Assembly (NCBI GenBank): GCA_963769885.1 | Contig: CAVYNH010000007.1 | Coordinates: 224,001 to 288,000 of the forward strand | From: Methanobacteriota archaeon | GTDB taxonomy: Archaea; Thermoplasmatota; E2; DHVEG-1 | Direction of reading: 5' to 3' | Length of the DNA stretch: 64,000 bases | In this document: positions 41,371 to 51,103 of the stretch, in pieces | Numbering within the stretch: the stretch's first letter is position 1 | How the letters are laid out: the number at the start of each line of letters is the position of its first letter | Translations under genes and position numbers: made by a program | The notes under the pieces: model-generated | Seen by the model: only the letters and a program-made list of their open reading frames with translations | Told to the model about the DNA's origin: nothing | Databases searched by the model: none

Positions 41371-42642
41371 CTATTGAAAATCGTTTTTTGTCAACACTTT
41401 CACCGACTTGGGCATCTTAACGACGTTGCCAAGCTTAATGCCGATGATCTCCCTGACGTTTTTGTTGTTGGCGATGTCCAGAAGCCGCTGCGTGATGATG
41501 CCGTCGAAGACCACGGCGGTGATGTTGTCCGCCTTCTTGATTTCGTCGGTGAGTTCGCGCACCGGGATTGTACGGAGCTCTTTGCCGTTTTCATCGAGAA
41601 GAACGGCTTTCAATGAGCCGGAGATCTCGTTGAGGATGTTCTCGTAGGCCTTCTGCTTCTCAGAGGTGATGACGGGTTCTTCCACGTCTTCCTCGCGGCG
41701 CTGCTGCTGTTGCTGCTGCTCCTTCTTCTTCTGGAAGAACTCCTTCTTCATCTTCTGGCCTTTCTCACCGTTCTCACGGTGGTCCTCGGTGCGCTCGCGG
41801 CCCTCGACCTTGATGTTGAACATGTCGATGTACTGCTCGCGCGGGATCTTGTTCTTCAAGGACTTCATGATCAGCTTCTGCGGGATCTCCTCGACCTCAC
41901 GCGTCTGAGGCGCCCGGGCGATGAAATCGATGTCCGCGACCTGGAGGAGCTCGCGCAGGATGAGTTCCCCACCGCGGTCGCCGTCCACGAACACAGTCGT
42001 GATCTTCTCCTTGGTCAGGTCGATGACGGTCCGGGGTACGTTCGTGCCGCCCACGGCGATGACGTTCTTGATGCCGAACTTCAGCAGGTTGAGGACGTCA
42101 CGGCGGCCCTCGACGATGATGATCGCGTCGCTGTCGTCGATGTTGGGCCCGGCGGGGCAGTGGTCCTGACCGTAGCTGACGATCTCCTCGACCTGGATGG
42201 ACTGGCGGATGTTCTCGGAGATGCTCTCGCCTTCGACCTTGCTCTTCTCCATGATCTCGTTGAGGAGCTGCTTGGCGCGGTCGATGACCTGCTTACGCCG
42301 GGAAACGCGGACGTCTTCGACTTCGGAGACCACGATGGACGCCTTGCAGGGGCCGACGCGGTCGATGCTTTCGAAGGCGGCGGCGAGGATAACGGTCTCG
42401 ACCTTGTCCAGCGAGGTTGGGAGGGTCATGAGCCCTTCGCTCTTGCCGCCCTTGGATTCGAGGTCGACTTCGATTCTGCCGACGCGTGCGGAGCGCTGCA
42501 ATTCCCGGAGGTCGAGTTCGTCCCCGAGGAGCCCTTCGGTCTGCCCGAAGATGGCGCCGACTACGTCTGATTTCTCGATGATACCGTCTGCTTTGATTTT
42601 GGCCTTAATCATGTATTTGGTAGTAGATGGATCGATGACCAT
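41371..42642 (-). CDS. dnaG: Archaeal DnaG (TOPRIM, exosome-associated)
   Basis: DVVGAIFGQTEGLLG, VEGRRDV, DGDRGG, FDGIITQRL. Confidence 0.97.
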   Translation of the reverse strand: MVIDPSTTKYMIKAKIKADGIIEKSDVVGAIFGQTEGLLGDELDLRELQRSARVGRIEVDLESKGGKSEGLMTLPTSLDKVETVILAAAFESIDRVGPCKASIVVSEVEDVRVSRRKQVIDRAKQLLNEIMEKSKVEGESISENIRQSIQVEEIVSYGQDHCPAGPNIDDSDAIIIVEGRRDVLNLLKFGIKNVIAVGGTNVPRTVIDLTKEKITTVFVDGDRGGELILRELLQVADIDFIARAPQTREVEEIPQKLIMKSLKNKIPREQYIDMFNIKVEGRERTEDHRENGEKGQKMKKEFFQKKKEQQQQQQRREEDVEEPVITSEKQKAYENILNEISGSLKAVLLDENGKELRTIPVRELTDEIKKADNITAVVFDGIITQRLLDIANNKNVREIIGIKLGNVVKMPKSVKVLTKNDFQ

Positions 42643-43151
42643 TGTCTATTCACCTTCATGTTTGGAGTATCGACCGTTGAAAAACAGCACCCTGCCTCTG
42701 CTGTGAACTGCAGAGTCGTGGGACTTGAGTTTTTTGCTCCTTTCCGGCCTTTTTCCTCTGGTGAAGCAGGTTAAAGGGTTAAATGTCAAGTGGTAAGTGG
42801 TCCTCTCACACGAAGGTACCGTTTTCCAGTGGTGATTCAATCTGTATGCAGATACGTAGTTTTAAGCAATATATAAATCTTATGGCTATAACCTAGGGGG
42901 GAATGAATCGTTTTGTTCTAGGTTTGTCCTTGGAATATGCCGGGTTTGTGTGATATGCGGGTAAGCCTCAGGGTCGCTCGAGGCATCAAGCCTGTATTCT
43001 GCGTTAGGCGGGGTTTTTATTAAGTACCGGCGGGGAAAGTGCTAAATAGCAATATCTTCTTATACAGTAGAGTACCGTGTTACCATTCCACAACCTTTTT
43101 TTCAATGTGGGGTGGAACCCCATAAGTGCGTAAGGGGGTGAGCGGGAGGAA

Positions 43152-44591
43152 ATGCCTATGATTCAAGGGAGAAAAAAGGGTCCTATATGTCTTGCACTCT
43201 GTGCGATGCTGATGATGAGTGGCCTTCTCGGATTCGTTATGCCTAGCCAGGCGAAGCAGACTATCACCAATGAAAGAGCTGTAGGCCGGTCTTCGACCGC
43301 GGGTGACAGCCGGTTCTGGGCGGTCCTCATTTGCGGAGACGATGATTACAACGCCGGCTTTGAGACCGACATCCGGGACATGTACCTACTGCTGACCCAG
43401 AACCTTAGCTACGACCCCGACTCCATCTACTACGTCGCTCCGTCGAACTGGAACAGCGCACCGCACTACTATGCGCTCTCGAAGGCCAACATCCAGGCTG
43501 CGATCCAGGCGCTCGGGGCACGGACGGCGGCAACTGACAACGTCTTCGTCTTGTTCGAGGGGCATGGCTCTCACGATCCGTGGGTCATCGGTCCGAACGT
43601 AAGCCCTGCCGACCTCGATGGGTGGCTGGACGCGATCGACCCCTGTTGGATCTATGGGCAACCCCGCCATTGCCAGCAAATGGTGATCCTCCTACAGTCC
43701 TGCTACTGCGGCGGGTTCATCACTACGTTGACGCAGCATCCGGCATCCTGCCATCGGCAGCGCCTCCTCATCACCTCCGCGGACTCGGTGACCAAATCCT
43801 GGGAGGACATGAACGGGGTCGGGGACCCCGCCTGGGACCCCAACGGCGCCAACGACGATGGGGCCACAAACCAGGGGAGCGCGAACTATGACGGCAGTGA
43901 GTTCTGCAGCGGCTTCCGCATGGCGCACCGGGACGTCGACGGTGACGCGTACCGCGAGGCCGACGACAACCCCTACATGAAGAAGCCGGGCTACAACCCG
44001 GACAACACCGCCCCGTACGGCAACCACAACGGCATCGTCTCGGTCAAAGAAGCCTTCAATTTCGCGAAGTTCGAGGACTGTTACTCGACCTATTGGCAGT
44101 CCTACGTGCTGGGGCAGGGCTGGGCGGTTGAATTCCCGCAGTTCTGGGACCCGATCACCTGGGGTGACCCTCAGGGCATCGACCCGGCGACGACGTACAT
44201 CTACTCCCGGGCACCCGCGAAACCGAGCACCCCCGCGGGACAGGCACAGGGAGGCATCAACAAGCCGTATACTTATACCAGCAGCGCCACAGATCCGGAC
44301 GACGACCAGGTCTACCTCCAGTTCGACTGGGGCGATGGGACCGCCAGCGCCTGGGTCGGCCCGTATGCCTCCGGCGCGACCGGGAACGCCACACATACCT
44401 GGACGACGAAGGGATACTACCAGGTCAAGGTCAAGGCGAAGGACATCCACGGCGTTGAGGGCCCCTGGTCGGATCCACTCCCCATCCAGATGCCTGTCAC
44501 CAACACGTATCATCAGACGCCGCTTCTCGTGCGATTCCTAGAGCATCATCCCCACCTGTTCCCGCTGCTCCGACACCTCTTCGACCGGTAG
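43152..44591 (+). CDS. Secreted clan CD (C13/legumain-like) cysteine peptidase + PKD + amphipathic tail
   Basis: Signal peptide, WAVLICG, FEGHG, LQSCYCGGF, PKD FDWGDG...HTW..KG.Y. Confidence 0.8.
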   Translation: MPMIQGRKKGPICLALCAMLMMSGLLGFVMPSQAKQTITNERAVGRSSTAGDSRFWAVLICGDDDYNAGFETDIRDMYLLLTQNLSYDPDSIYYVAPSNWNSAPHYYALSKANIQAAIQALGARTAATDNVFVLFEGHGSHDPWVIGPNVSPADLDGWLDAIDPCWIYGQPRHCQQMVILLQSCYCGGFITTLTQHPASCHRQRLLITSADSVTKSWEDMNGVGDPAWDPNGANDDGATNQGSANYDGSEFCSGFRMAHRDVDGDAYREADDNPYMKKPGYNPDNTAPYGNHNGIVSVKEAFNFAKFEDCYSTYWQSYVLGQGWAVEFPQFWDPITWGDPQGIDPATTYIYSRAPAKPSTPAGQAQGGINKPYTYTSSATDPDDDQVYLQFDWGDGTASAWVGPYASGATGNATHTWTTKGYYQVKVKAKDIHGVEGPWSDPLPIQMPVTNTYHQTPLLVRFLEHHPHLFPLLRHLFDR

Positions 44592-44680
44592 AAGCCCTCC
44601 TCTTTTTCCTTTTGTTTCGTCTGAGATACGGTAGGGAATACAATTAAAACACCTCACACGGTTTCCTTGCGCGAGTCCCT

Positions 44681-46819
44681 ATGCCATCCCCTGAGAAGAT
44701 CTTCATCGGGGTCGCCTGGCCCTACGCCAACGGCTCCCTGCACCTCGGCCATGTCGCCGGCTGCTACCTACCCGCGGATATCTTCGCCCGCTACCACCGC
44801 CTCATCGGCAGTCAGGTCCTCATGGTCTCCGGCAGCGACGAACACGGCACCCCCATCACCATCACCGCGGAGAAGGAGAAGACAACCCCGCAGGCCGTCG
44901 TCGACCACTTCCACAAGGAACACACCGAGAACATGCAGCAGCTCGGCATCTCGTTTGACCTCTTCACCCGCACCACGACCACCAACCACGAGGCGACCGT
45001 CCAGGAGATCTTCCTCGACCTCTACCAAAAACAGCTCATCGTCAAACGCAGCATCGACGCGTACAGCTGCCCGACCTGCGCCCGCGGCCTGCCCGACCGC
45101 TACGTTGAGGGCACCTGCCCCTACTGCAACTCCCCTGAGGCCCGCGGCGACCAATGCGACAACTGCGGCAAACTCCTCGACCCCAGTGAGCTCATCAACA
45201 TCCGTTGCAAGCTCTGCGGCGGCACCCCGGTCAAACAGAAGACCGAACATCTCTTCTTCCTTCTCAGTTCCTTCGAACCGAAGCTGCAGGCCTGGCTGAA
45301 CGATAAGACCTACTGGAAGCCCAACGTCCTGCGGTTCACGAACAACTGGCTCGCCGGCGGCCTGAAAGACCGCGCCATCACCCGCGACATCACCTGGGGC
45401 ATCAAAGTCCCGATCTTCGGCTTCGAAACCAAACGCGTCTACGTCTGGTTCGACGCCGTCATCGGCTACCTCTCCGCCAGCAAAGAATGGGCCAAGAAAC
45501 ACAAAGAGCCCACCAAATGGAGAGACTGGTGGACCGACCCCACCACCAAGAGCTACTACTTCCTCGCCAAAGACAACATCCCCTTCCACAGCATCATCTG
45601 GCCCTCCATCCTCATGGGCTACGGCCATAACCTCAACCTCCCCTACGACATCCCCGCCAACGAATACCTCACCCTCAAAGGCGAGCAGTTCAGCAAGAGC
45701 CGCGGCATCGGTATCTTCGTCCCCGAGATCCTCAAACGCTTCGACGCCGACGTCATCCGCTACTACCTCAGCATCAACATGCCGGAGAATAAGGACACCG
45801 ACTGGGTCTGGAGCGATTTCGTCGCCAAAAACAACGACGAGCTCGTCGGCACCTACGGCAACTTCGTCCACCGCGTCCTCACCTTCACCGCCAAGAACTT
45901 CGACACCATCCCACCCACCGGTACCCTCACCCCAGCCGACGAAGACGCCCTAGCCAAGATCAAGGACACCCTCTACGAGGTCAACCAAAGCATCCACGAC
46001 TGCTCCTTCAAGAAAGGCCTCCGTAGCGCCATGAACCTCGCCCAGTTCGGCAACCAATACTTCGACAAGAACCAGCCCTGGACCCTCCTCAAAACCGACC
46101 GGAACCGCTGCGCCACCGTCCTGCACGTCTGCCTCAGAATCATCCAAGCCCTTGCCGTCTGCACCGCCCCCTACCTCCCCTTCTCCGCAGAACGCGTCTG
46201 GCGGATGCTCGGCCACACCCACCCACTCCACCACTGGGACGCCGGATTCCGCGAGCTCCCCGCCCAGGCCAAACTCGAGACACCGGCACCTTTATTTAAG
46301 AAACTGGAATTATCCGAAATCGTGACCGAAACCGACCCCTTCGCCAAACTCGACCTACGCGTCGCCAGAGTCCTCGACGTCCAAGACCACCCCCAGGCCG
46401 ACAAGCTCTACATCCTCACCATCGACCTCGGCCCGCTCGGTAGACGCACCATCGTCGCCGGCATGAAACCCTGGTACACCAAAGAGCAGATGACCAGTAA
46501 GCTCATCATCGTCGTCACCAACCTCAAGCCCGCCGTCATCCGCGGCCAGGAATCCAAAGGCATGCTCCTCGCCGCCACCGACAAGGCCAAGGGCATCGTC
46601 ACCCTCCTCAACCCCAAAGACAGCACCCCAGGCGCCGAGGTCGGCGTCGACGGCATCCCCCGCGAGCCCACCCCAAACCTGGAGTTCCCCGCCTTCCAAC
46701 AAGCCCCCATGATCGTCGACGCCAAAGGCGAGGTCACCTACAACGGGAAACCTCTTAAGACCAAAGGCAATATCGTCGTGCCAGACCAACCGGTCGCCCC
46801 TGGGGCCACCGTCTCATAA
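44681..46819 (+). CDS. metG: Methionyl-tRNA synthetase
   Basis: WPYANGSLHLGH, GSDEHG, Zn knuckles, YVWFDA, QFSKS, C-terminal tRNA-binding OB fold. Confidence 0.98.
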   Translation: MPSPEKIFIGVAWPYANGSLHLGHVAGCYLPADIFARYHRLIGSQVLMVSGSDEHGTPITITAEKEKTTPQAVVDHFHKEHTENMQQLGISFDLFTRTTTTNHEATVQEIFLDLYQKQLIVKRSIDAYSCPTCARGLPDRYVEGTCPYCNSPEARGDQCDNCGKLLDPSELINIRCKLCGGTPVKQKTEHLFFLLSSFEPKLQAWLNDKTYWKPNVLRFTNNWLAGGLKDRAITRDITWGIKVPIFGFETKRVYVWFDAVIGYLSASKEWAKKHKEPTKWRDWWTDPTTKSYYFLAKDNIPFHSIIWPSILMGYGHNLNLPYDIPANEYLTLKGEQFSKSRGIGIFVPEILKRFDADVIRYYLSINMPENKDTDWVWSDFVAKNNDELVGTYGNFVHRVLTFTAKNFDTIPPTGTLTPADEDALAKIKDTLYEVNQSIHDCSFKKGLRSAMNLAQFGNQYFDKNQPWTLLKTDRNRCATVLHVCLRIIQALAVCTAPYLPFSAERVWRMLGHTHPLHHWDAGFRELPAQAKLETPAPLFKKLELSEIVTETDPFAKLDLRVARVLDVQDHPQADKLYILTIDLGPLGRRTIVAGMKPWYTKEQMTSKLIIVVTNLKPAVIRGQESKGMLLAATDKAKGIVTLLNPKDSTPGAEVGVDGIPREPTPNLEFPAFQQAPMIVDAKGEVTYNGKPLKTKGNIVVPDQPVAPGATVS

Positions 46820-46842
46820 TCAAAAAAACTAAGGAGGGGAGA

Positions 46843-47751
46843 GTGCTTCGCGTGAAGACCACCACCGTCATTTCTGAAACAAACCTACCCATCAAGCGCG
46901 TCAGCAAAGGAAAAGTCCGCGACATCTACGAAGTCGACGGCCAACTCCTTCTCATCGCCACCGACCGCATCAGCGCCTTCGACTACGTCCTCCCCGACCC
47001 CATTCCCACCAAAGGCATCTGTCTCACCCAGCTCTCCAAATTCTGGTTCGACTACACCCAAGACCTCGTCCCCAACCAAGTCATCACCACCAACATCAAC
47101 GACTACCCCAAGACTCTGCACCCCTATCAAAAGGAACTGCGCAACCGCAGCATGATCGTCAAAAAAACCAAGGTCGTCCCCATCGAATGCATCGTCCGCG
47201 GCTACCTCTCCGGCTCCGCCTGGAGCTCCTACCAAGAAGACGGTACCGTCTGCGGCATCACCCTCCCCAAAGGCCTCCGCGAATCAGACAAATTTGACCA
47301 CCCACTCTTCACGCCCTCCACCAAAGCAGCCTCCGGCCACAACCTCAATATCTCAACCGAGGAGATGAATAAGCTCGTTGGATCAAAAATCGGCAAACAA
47401 CTCGAAGATTACAGCCTCACCATCTACGAAACCGCGGCCAAATACGCCATAACCCGCGGTATCATCATCGCCGACACCAAATTCGAATTCGGCCTCTACC
47501 ATGACCAGCTCATCTGGATCGATGAGGCCCTCACCCCCGACTCCTCCCGCTTCTGGCCCGCGGATAAATACAATCCTGGCCGCCCCCAGCCCAGCTTCGA
47601 CAAACAATACGTAAGGGACTATCTCCTCAGCATCGGCTACGACAGAAACAGCCCACCGCCACACCTCCCACCCGACATCATCAAAGGAACCACCAAAAAA
47701 TACCAAGAAGCCTACGAAAAAATCACAGGAAAAAAATTCACTTTCACCTAA
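46843..47751 (+). CDS. purC: SAICAR synthetase
   Basis: KGKVRDIY, TDRISAFD, ECIVRGYLSGS, ADTKFEFG, DEALTPDSSRFW. Confidence 0.97.
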   Translation: MLRVKTTTVISETNLPIKRVSKGKVRDIYEVDGQLLLIATDRISAFDYVLPDPIPTKGICLTQLSKFWFDYTQDLVPNQVITTNINDYPKTLHPYQKELRNRSMIVKKTKVVPIECIVRGYLSGSAWSSYQEDGTVCGITLPKGLRESDKFDHPLFTPSTKAASGHNLNISTEEMNKLVGSKIGKQLEDYSLTIYETAAKYAITRGIIIADTKFEFGLYHDQLIWIDEALTPDSSRFWPADKYNPGRPQPSFDKQYVRDYLLSIGYDRNSPPPHLPPDIIKGTTKKYQEAYEKITGKKFTFT

Positions 47752-47849
47752 CCCCCACATACCCTTTTCCTTCCTCCTCTTTACATAGTTCTGGCAAAGT
47801 ATTAACTAGCAGAATCACCCTTCTCCACACCAAGGGGGAACTTGCCACT

Positions 47850-50393
47850 ATGAACCACTTACCACTCATCCTCATCCTTGTCGCCCTCATGGTCACACCC
47901 CTCCCACTCCAAGCATATCACACCACTCCAACCCCAAACACCACCCACACCGATGACCTCAGCCACTACACCAAACTCGAATGGACCGCCCCTACCAACA
48001 TTCTCCCCGGCACCTACCAAGACTACCTCACCACCCACCCCCTCACCGCCGCCCAGTACCATACCCCGCTCACAAGCCCTAAAACCTGCAATTACGCCAT
48101 CCTCGTCGACCACACCCTCTACCCCGACATCCAACCCGCGCTCACCACCTACCTCAACGACCTCACACGCGAAGGCTACCAACCCTACCTCGACACCATC
48201 ACCGGCGGCACCCCAGCGGACATCAAAGCCTGGGTCACCGCCCGCTACGCCCAAGGAGCCCGCGGCGCCCTCTTCATCGGCGACATCACCGCGGCCTGGG
48301 CCGATGTCAGCAATGATACCTTCCCCTGCGACCTCTACTATATGGACCTCAACGGCACCTGGAACGACACCGACGGCGACGGCGCCTACGAAACCCACAC
48401 CGGCGACATGGCCCCCGAACTCTACATCGCCAGACTCTACGCCACCACCCTCACCTACAACACCGAGGCCGCCCTCATCACCCAATACTTCACCAAAGAC
48501 CACGCCTACCGCACCGGCGACCTCACCGAGCCCTGGCGCGGCCTCGAATACATCGAAGAAGACTGGTACGATATGGACGTCAACCTCGACAACATCTACC
48601 ACGACAACGTCACCCGCTACGACTACGGTTACTTCACCACCGCCGCCGATTACCTCAACCAGATGGACCTCGGCCAATACTACACCCAAGTCTGCGCCCA
48701 CAGCTACTCAGGCGGCCACCACTTCGGCACCCGCCCCACCGAATCCGTCGCCTACGGCCACATCTACGTCTACAGCCCTACTACTCGTCTGGCCGTCCTG
48801 CTGCTCGGCAGCGATGACGGCATCGCCGCCTGGCTCAATGGAAACAGAATCTACTTCAACGACAAGTACGGCGGCTGGCACCAGGACCAGTTCCACGTCA
48901 ATATCACGCTTACCTCCGGCTGGAACAGCCTCCTCCTCAAAGTGAGCCAAGCAGGCGGAGACTTCCTTAGTTCTGCCCGCATCACCGACCCCAATGGTAA
49001 CTCCTACCCAGACATCACCTATCAGCTTAACAACCCTCAAACCCACGGCCCCGATGGGGATTACATCCGTAGCTTCCTACTCAACGGCTTCCACCAAGAC
49101 GAGTCAGGCAACTTCTGGCAGTACCTTACGACCAATTATCTCGGAGTCGATGAAGCCAGCCTCGACCCGCATACCGGTGAGCTCAATGGCGGATGCGTCT
49201 GGACCCCATACAACTCCAGCAGCCCCTACATCAATCTGGGGGCCTACTGCAATGGCGCGGACTACGGGGTCTGCTACGCCTATTGCCGCGTAAACTCAAC
49301 GTCTCAAATCAGCTGTCAGCTGCGCCTTGGCTACGACGACGGAGCCCGGGTCTGGCTCAACGGCCAGGAAGTACTCCTCGATAACCGTTATGGCAGCTAC
49401 ATCCCGGACATGACCACCGTCAATGTAACGCTTCAGAGCGGTGAGAATAGACTTATGATAAAGATCTCGGAATGGATGGGAGATAATGGCTTCAGCGCCC
49501 GGTTCTGCACCCCGACTGGTCAAGCAGTCTCTGGGCTTAGCTACGACCCCGAACCGGTCCCGGTTACACATATTGGGACGTGGTTGTTTAACGGGCCTTA
49601 TGTGAATTCCGATGTGCATACGCGTCTCTCCACCGATTATCTTAATGGGGAGGCTACGGTGGCGCCTAGCGAGGGGGATGCTGCTCCGTTCGGCAGTTGG
49701 CTGAAGGCTATCGGTGAGGGACGCCCATTCAATATCGGTGGTTTTTACGATCACGGGGACTGGGTATTTTCCAGTACCATCCAGGAGCGTGACCCCCCGG
49801 TCTTGTTCTTCAATCTCTTCGCTTGTGGACCCGGGCGGTTCACGGATGAGAACTACCTGGCTGGGGCGTACCTCTTCAATACGAGCGTGGTGCTCAGTGA
49901 TGTCGCCTCGTCGAAGAGTGGCAGTATGTTGAACTTCAAGGATTTCACGAAGCCGCTTGGCCAGGGATTGAGTCTGGGGGAGTCGTATCATATCTGGTGG
50001 GATAAGCAGGCTCCGTATTCGTTGTCGGAGAAGGAATGGTTCTACGGTTTGATCTTGAACGGTGATCCGACGCTATGCATTCCGAGTTCAGTTCAAGTGC
50101 AGGTGATAAAACCGGTGAAGGGTTTGTATCTGCGCGATCATCTATTATGCGCGTTCCCGGTGCCGGTCTGCTTGGGGAAGGTCACGGTCGAGGTTGAGGC
50201 GTTCTGTCCGCAATCGTCGATCAGCCGCGTGGAGTTCTTGGTTGATGGTGTCGTGCAGGCAACGGTAACTTCTGAGCCGTTTGCTTGGACGTGGTTGTCT
50301 CCGGCGTGGTTCCGTCATGAGCTTGGCGTCGTGGCTTATAATGCGCAGAATCGGTCAACGGCGCAGAATGTGACGGTCTGGCGGTTCTTCTAA
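47850..50393 (+). CDS. Secreted C25-like peptidase with inserted tandem beta-sandwich modules and a C-terminal Ig-like domain
   Basis: Signal peptide, LFIGDI, CDLYYMDLNG, PELYIARL, CAHS, FACG, LNGDPTL; two xDDGxxxWLNG...G.N.L..K repeats; VEFLVDG Ig domain. Confidence 0.8.
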   Translation: MNHLPLILILVALMVTPLPLQAYHTTPTPNTTHTDDLSHYTKLEWTAPTNILPGTYQDYLTTHPLTAAQYHTPLTSPKTCNYAILVDHTLYPDIQPALTTYLNDLTREGYQPYLDTITGGTPADIKAWVTARYAQGARGALFIGDITAAWADVSNDTFPCDLYYMDLNGTWNDTDGDGAYETHTGDMAPELYIARLYATTLTYNTEAALITQYFTKDHAYRTGDLTEPWRGLEYIEEDWYDMDVNLDNIYHDNVTRYDYGYFTTAADYLNQMDLGQYYTQVCAHSYSGGHHFGTRPTESVAYGHIYVYSPTTRLAVLLLGSDDGIAAWLNGNRIYFNDKYGGWHQDQFHVNITLTSGWNSLLLKVSQAGGDFLSSARITDPNGNSYPDITYQLNNPQTHGPDGDYIRSFLLNGFHQDESGNFWQYLTTNYLGVDEASLDPHTGELNGGCVWTPYNSSSPYINLGAYCNGADYGVCYAYCRVNSTSQISCQLRLGYDDGARVWLNGQEVLLDNRYGSYIPDMTTVNVTLQSGENRLMIKISEWMGDNGFSARFCTPTGQAVSGLSYDPEPVPVTHIGTWLFNGPYVNSDVHTRLSTDYLNGEATVAPSEGDAAPFGSWLKAIGEGRPFNIGGFYDHGDWVFSSTIQERDPPVLFFNLFACGPGRFTDENYLAGAYLFNTSVVLSDVASSKSGSMLNFKDFTKPLGQGLSLGESYHIWWDKQAPYSLSEKEWFYGLILNGDPTLCIPSSVQVQVIKPVKGLYLRDHLLCAFPVPVCLGKVTVEVEAFCPQSSISRVEFLVDGVVQATVTSEPFAWTWLSPAWFRHELGVVAYNAQNRSTAQNVTVWRFF

Positions 50394-50504
50394 ATTGGTT
50401 TTTATCAGTAGCGGCCGGGAATACTGCGTGGTCTGAACAACAGTGAAGACCCGCAGATGAGAGGCCGCTCGTCGTCTTTTTCTCACAACACACGTTACAT
50501 TTTT

Positions 50505-51101
50505 TGTCGCGGCGGGCAGGCGTCCGCCTGCCCCTTTACCGCGCGACAGGAGTACAAAAACTTATGGAGAGTGTATCGAGCGGCAGCTCTAAAAAGGTTG
50601 CGGGTGACACCCGCAACAACTGGGTGACCATAATGTTCCCGACACACAAAAGGTACCGGAACTTCCGAAAACAAAGCCACATCGACACCTGCACCCAGAC
50701 GTTCCACGACCTGGAACGCCTTGGGTTCGAGTTCGGCGAATTCGGATTCGCCGAAACCCATGTACATCTCCAGGTCAACGTTCCCAAGCGGTACTCCATT
50801 GAAACCGCTGAGATTATTCTCAAGTCTTACACCTCCCGGAGAATGTTCCAGGCTCACCCCGGGTTCCACAAACGCTACCCCCGCGGGGGATTCTGGAGCG
50901 GGTACGAGCACCACGAGTCCACCGGATTGACCAGCCTTGATGAATCCTCAGCCTACCTGCGCGATCAGCAACACCATCACAACGTGACCATCATCGACAA
51001 CCGACAACAACGCCTGACCGCCGAGTGAGATACGGCAATGCCCAAGAGGGCTTGCCGAGGAACGAAGGCGGAACGGGGTCATAGGGGCGCAGCCCCTATT
51101 T
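50505..51101 (+). mobile_element. IS200-type insertion sequence (tnpA only)
   Basis: Y1 transposase flanked by hairpins: left TGTCGCG-GGGCAGGC-gtcc-GCCTGCCC-CGCGACA, right ATAGGGG-cgcag-CCCCTAT. Exact ends uncertain. Confidence 0.8.
50564..51028 (+). CDS. tnpA: IS200/IS605-family HUH (Y1) transposase
   Basis: FPTHKRY, ETHVHL (HUH), ILKSYTSR, FWSGY, AYLRDQ catalytic Tyr. Confidence 0.92.
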   Translation: MESVSSGSSKKVAGDTRNNWVTIMFPTHKRYRNFRKQSHIDTCTQTFHDLERLGFEFGEFGFAETHVHLQVNVPKRYSIETAEIILKSYTSRRMFQAHPGFHKRYPRGGFWSGYEHHESTGLTSLDESSAYLRDQQHHHNVTIIDNRQQRLTAE

Positions 51102-51103
51102 CA

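Noticed and set aside
41698-41722. (CTG)n repeat encoding poly-Gln in dnaG
   Set aside because: It is short, interrupted and in frame within the variable linker, so there is no sign of a contingency locus.
50400-50465. SAM-I riboswitch-like P1 (TTTTATC...GATGAGA)
   Set aside because: The SAM-I core (AUC.AGAG, kink-turn, GCAACC, GUGC) is absent, and the downstream gene is a transposase.
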